From: Nitrosospira multiformis ATCC 25196
GTDB taxonomy: Bacteria > Pseudomonadota > Gammaproteobacteria > Burkholderiales > Nitrosomonadaceae
DNA length: 32,000 bases
Direction: 5' to 3'
Assembly: GCF_000196355.1 (NCBI RefSeq)
Contig: NC_007614.1
Coordinates: 2,670,001 to 2,702,000 of the forward strand
Shown here: in pieces, positions 28,347-32,000 of the stretch
Position numbering within the stretch: position 1 is the stretch's first letter
How the letters are laid out: each line of letters begins with the position of its first letter
Notes under the pieces: model-generated
The model's database searches: none
What the model saw: only the letters and a program-made list of their open reading frames with translations
Told to the model about the DNA's origin: nothing
Made by a program: the position numbers and the translations under genes

Positions 28347-28730
28347 ATGGCCGAAGGAAAAAAATACGAGATCGCGGTAAAGGTTCATACCACCTATCTT
28401 CCGGAACAATCGGACGAGGCGCTGGATCGCTATGTATTCGCCTATACGATCGTTCTTTCCAACACCGGTACCGTCACCGCCCAGCTCATCAGTCGGCACT
28501 GGGTCATTGCCGATGGCAGCGGCGGCGTACAGGAGGTAAGAGGTCTGGGAGTGGTGGGGGAACAACCCCTGCTGAAGCCGGGAGACACCTACGAATATAC
28601 GAGCGGCACAGCCATTTCGACACCGGTAGGTTCAATGAAAGGCAGCTACCAGATGGTGGCCGAGGATGGTCTGCGCTTCGACGCCCCCATTCCCGAGTTC
28701 ATTCTGAGCGTGCCGCGAATCCTCCATTAA
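28347..28730 (+). CDS. apaG: ApaG (DUF525) protein
   Basis: 127 aa reading YVFAYTIVLSNTGTVTAQLISRHWVIADGSGGVQEVRGLGVVGEQPLLKPGDTYEYTSG, the canonical ApaG core. Confidence 0.92.
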   Translation: MAEGKKYEIAVKVHTTYLPEQSDEALDRYVFAYTIVLSNTGTVTAQLISRHWVIADGSGGVQEVRGLGVVGEQPLLKPGDTYEYTSGTAISTPVGSMKGSYQMVAEDGLRFDAPIPEFILSVPRILH

Positions 28731-28750
28731 GAAGTATCTTCCCCTCGGCG

Positions 28751-30151
28751 TTACCCATACTTCTTCCGCCCGTATCGTCGACGACGATGAGCCCGTTTTG
28801 CCTCGGCTTCGGTGAGCGGAGCGGGGCTTTTCCCTGCGTAGGGATTGCGGCCTGTCCTGAATTCTATCCGGAGCGGCGTTCCCTCCAGCCCGAAGGTATC
28901 GCGAAATGTATTTTCCAGATAGCGCTGATAGGTCTGGGGCACGGCATTGAGAGCGCTGCCATGGATTATAATCAGGGGCGGATTCGAACCGCCCTGATGG
29001 GCGTAGCGCAGCTTGGGACGCGACATGCCGGCACGCGGGGGAGGCTGCTTCTCCACCGCGGCCAATAATGTGCGCGTAAGCCTGGGAGTAGGCAGATGAG
29101 CCATCGCCGCCCCATAGGCGGCATCGACAGAGGGCAGCAACCCTTTCGTGCCAGTGCCATGTAGCGCCGAAATATAGTGAAACCGGGCGAAATTCTGCAG
29201 AAACGGCAATTTACGGTTGATATCGCGCTTGATCATGTCACGCTGGTACTCATCCAGGCTGTCCCACTTGTTCACGGCCAGCACCAGTGCCCGTCCTGCT
29301 TCCAGGATGAATCCGCCAATATGCGCATCCTGATCTGAAATTTCACTGGCTGCATCCAGCACCAGTATCACCACGTTGGCATCTTCTATCGCTTGCAGTG
29401 TTTTCACCACGGAAAACTTCTCCACGGTCTCCTGCACCTTGCCGCGTCGACGCAGGCCCGCTGTATCGATCAGGGTATAAGTGCGCCCATTCCGCTCAAA
29501 ATCGATATAAATGCTGTCACGCGTAGTTCCCGGCTGATCAAAGGCGATGACACGCTCCTCTCCCAGCAGGGTGTTCACGAGCGTTGATTTTCCTACATTG
29601 GGACGACCCACGATGGCGATTTTCGGATGGTCGTCTTTTCTTTCCTGCTCAGGTTCGTCGGGAAAATCCTGAAGCGCCAGTGTCACCAGTTCATTCACGT
29701 TGTCGCCATGGGCGGCGGAAATCGCGCAAGGCTCGCCCAATCCCAGTTCGTGAAACTCCGCAGTAACGACGGAAACAGCCATGCCTTCGGTCTTGTTTAC
29801 CGCCAGCAAGGTTCGGCGACCCGATCTGCGCAGTTGCTCGGCGACAATTTTGTCCTGCGCCGTCAAACCGCTTCGACCGTCCACGATAAAGAGCACGACA
29901 TCAGCCTCGTCAATTGCTTGCAGTGTCTGCTTCGCCATTTCGTGCAGGATGCCTTCCGTTGCCATCGGCTCGAAGCCTCCTGTATCGACCACGAGATACG
30001 GCCTGTCACCCAGTTTGCCGTGTCCGTAATGACGGTCGCGCGTCAACCCCGGCAGGTCGGCCACCAGCGCGTCGCGGCTGCGTGTCAAACGGTTAAAGAG
30101 CGTGGACTTGCCGACGTTGGATCGCCCTACCAGTACGAGGGTGGGTTTCAT
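28751..30151 (-). CDS. der: Ribosome-associated GTPase Der/EngA (tandem GTP-binding domains)
   Basis: Two G-domains ([14 protein letters not shown] and [14 protein letters not shown]), a KH-like C-terminus and a basic tail. Confidence 0.97.
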   Translation of the reverse strand: MKPTLVLVGRSNVGKSTLFNRLTRSRDALVADLPGLTRDRHYGHGKLGDRPYLVVDTGGFEPMATEGILHEMAKQTLQAIDEADVVLFIVDGRSGLTAQDKIVAEQLRRSGRRTLLAVNKTEGMAVSVVTAEFHELGLGEPCAISAAHGDNVNELVTLALQDFPDEPEQERKDDHPKIAIVGRPNVGKSTLVNTLLGEERVIAFDQPGTTRDSIYIDFERNGRTYTLIDTAGLRRRGKVQETVEKFSVVKTLQAIEDANVVILVLDAASEISDQDAHIGGFILEAGRALVLAVNKWDSLDEYQRDMIKRDINRKLPFLQNFARFHYISALHGTGTKGLLPSVDAAYGAAMAHLPTPRLTRTLLAAVEKQPPPRAGMSRPKLRYAHQGGSNPPLIIIHGSALNAVPQTYQRYLENTFRDTFGLEGTPLRIEFRTGRNPYAGKSPAPLTEAEAKRAHRRRRYGRKKYG

Positions 30152-30289
30152 GATTTCAGCTTTCGTCTAAAACAGGGCTGGGCTGCGGCATAAGGTACGG
30201 AATTGAAGCGCTGGACAGCGAATTCCCGGATTACCGAGGTATTCCCCAGAAGGTGAATTTTCAAAAACGAAAAACGCGCGCCCGCACGA

Positions 30290-31642
30290 CTAGGCACCAA
30301 AGGCAAAAACTCCGCCTTTCCGGGTTTGTACCGCAATACCATTGGGCAAGGATATGGGACGGGCGGTAATAGCACTTTCGTCGGTTCCGGACCGCGCAAT
30401 AATGGCGCCATTGTCCTTCCTGATGAAATTTACATAACCTTGGGAATCTCCTACCACGATACGAGCGCCGTGCACCAGCGGAGCGGATAACTTGAGTCCG
30501 TTGAGCAGATCCTGGGCCCATATGCTGGTGCCATCCCTTTTGTCGTAAGCCACTATTCCGCCCCTGTTCTCGCTCACATAAACGTAATTGTCATCCATGG
30601 CCAGACCGGCATTGCTGGATACATCACGGGTCCAGATCTGGTTACCGGCTGTGATATCGAAGCAGGCGATACGCCCCTGGTAGGCAACGGCGCACACCTG
30701 CTGCTCATCCAGAACGGGCAAACTGGTGACATCCGAAATTCGCTCAAGTTCGGTGGCGCCTCTCGGCCGTGATACCATTGCTTCCCAAACCAGACTGCCA
30801 TTCGAAAGATTCAGGGCCACGAGCCTGCCCCCGGCAAAACCGGCATATACCCTATCATCGGCAATCAGCGCGCCAGCGAAACTCCGTACCGTCAGCGATG
30901 GGGTAGCGCCCTGATAAACCCACTTGCGCTTGCCGCTCTCGCTATCCAGCCCGTATATACGGCCGTCTCCCGTGCGAACGACTACCACGCCCATTCCGGC
31001 ATGCGGGGGACTCAACACTTCCGTTGAAAGATTCGCAGTCCACTTCGGTTTGCCGCTTTTCTCGTCAAAAGCCAGCACCTCGCCCTTGAAAGTGCCCACC
31101 AGCAGCATACCATCTCCCGTGCCAATTCCACCCGCGAGAGGATGCTTGGTGTCGATGACGCCCGAAGCCTTGCCAGAAGCCGGGTCGAAACGCACAAGAC
31201 GACCATCCGGTCCCCCTGCGTAGACAGCGCCATCGCCGAAAACCGGCAGAAATACAGCCGCCGGACTTTCCTCGACACTCGCCTCCCAACCGGGGCGCGT
31301 GCTGGGGATCACCTCCAGCTGTGCGATCTGCTCCGGGCTCATTTGAACCTCACCTGATCCGAAAAGATCCGTAATACCGGATACATCGATATCAGCAAGA
31401 CTGCGGGTCACATCGCGCACCATATCTACCATGCCTGCACATCCGGAAAGCGTCAAGGACGATACGAACAGCAGAACATAGGGCCAGAATGCACTATTCG
31501 CCAAGTGAAACGGACGCGCTTCTCCCGGGAGTGATATTTCCTTGGGCACGCCATTGGCCCCGGCAATAGGGCTTCCAGGCGAATCCGCAGGCACGGGAAA
31601 CACATTCAGCGACTCATCGGCTGAAGCTTTGCTTGCGCGCAT
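30290..31642 (-). CDS. bamB: Outer-membrane protein assembly factor BamB (PQQ-like beta-propeller lipoprotein)
   Basis: Lipobox LTLSGC followed by repeated beta-propeller blades. It has the yfgM-bamB-der context. The start is uncertain: ATG 31642, TTG 31693, or TTG 31504, which gives a 22-aa signal peptide. Confidence 0.88.
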   Translation of the reverse strand: MRASKASADESLNVFPVPADSPGSPIAGANGVPKEISLPGEARPFHLANSAFWPYVLLFVSSLTLSGCAGMVDMVRDVTRSLADIDVSGITDLFGSGEVQMSPEQIAQLEVIPSTRPGWEASVEESPAAVFLPVFGDGAVYAGGPDGRLVRFDPASGKASGVIDTKHPLAGGIGTGDGMLLVGTFKGEVLAFDEKSGKPKWTANLSTEVLSPPHAGMGVVVVRTGDGRIYGLDSESGKRKWVYQGATPSLTVRSFAGALIADDRVYAGFAGGRLVALNLSNGSLVWEAMVSRPRGATELERISDVTSLPVLDEQQVCAVAYQGRIACFDITAGNQIWTRDVSSNAGLAMDDNYVYVSENRGGIVAYDKRDGTSIWAQDLLNGLKLSAPLVHGARIVVGDSQGYVNFIRKDNGAIIARSGTDESAITARPISLPNGIAVQTRKGGVFAFGA

Positions 31643-31796
31643 TTTCCTGTTTATGAGAAGGAGTAGTTGCGAAAAAATCAACGAGCCGATCAAGGCATAT
31701 CAGGTTAAGGGAGCGGCTTCCAGAGTGGACCGGCTGCACAGCCGCCAGGAGTGGCGGCTCGCGCTGGAGTTTATCCGGTTTATATCGAAACTGTAA

Positions 31797-32000
31797 CTAT
31801 TTGGCGCTTGGCAGCGCATCCAGCTTCATCTGCACGATATCATAGTAAGTGCTGCCGGGACTTATCCTGGCAAGCGCCATTTGATAAGCTGCCCGGGCTT
31901 CCCCAAATTTCCCGGTGGCCGTCAGCACATCGCCCCGGCGATCGGCATAAAGTCCGTCGAAGGATTCCCCGTGCTTGACCTCAAGCAAGCGCAGCGCCTC
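31797..32000 (-). CDS. yfgM: YfgM-like TPR-like membrane protein, C-terminal part (runs off the window)
   Basis: Reads ..YADRRGDVLTATGKFGEARAAYQMALARISPGSTYYDIVQMKLDALP. The frame is open to the window edge, and its position upstream of bamB-der is conserved. Confidence 0.7.
   Translation of the reverse strand, partial: EALRLLEVKHGESFDGLYADRRGDVLTATGKFGEARAAYQMALARISPGSTYYDIVQMKLDALPSAK

Overview
This is a chromosomal window of about 57% GC. Protein sequences and gene order look betaproteobacterial, possibly Nitrosomonadales-like, but I cannot verify that without a database. Left to right it contains an hpnD-like squalene/phytoene synthase gene, then groES-groEL under a sigma32-type promoter plus a perfect CIRCE operator. 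Next comes a lower-GC accessory patch: a 135-aa orphan gene and an intact 841-bp IS5-family element with CTAG target duplication and an A-AAA-AAG frameshift site. After that are an ICMT-family membrane methyltransferase and an AAA+ ATPase with an MshEN/T2SSE_N-like N-terminus. The centre is a complete 13-gene Tad/Flp pilus locus on the minus strand (7720-19995): flp, cpaA, cpaB, cpaC, lipoprotein, tadG-like, two tadE-like genes, cpaE/tadZ, cpaF/tadA, tadB, tadC and a tadD-like TPR lipoprotein. The right side is housekeeping: bioA, a decayed MBL/beta-CASP pseudogene remnant, dacB (PBP4), an orphan HNH gene, trpE-gph-rpe, apaG, and der-bamB-yfgM (yfgM partial). I found no tRNA, rRNA or CRISPR array. 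The only multi-gene system is the known Tad pilus. The less-described points are regulatory and accessory. A 27-nt element (19 nt exact) is shared, in the same orientation, upstream of flp and upstream of the ICMT gene. GTAC-rich phased repeat arrays sit in the two large Tad intergenic gaps. The MshEN-like AAA+ ATPase flanks the locus, and TadD carries a LytR_C fusion. All functional calls come from recognising motifs in the translated ORFs; no searches were run.
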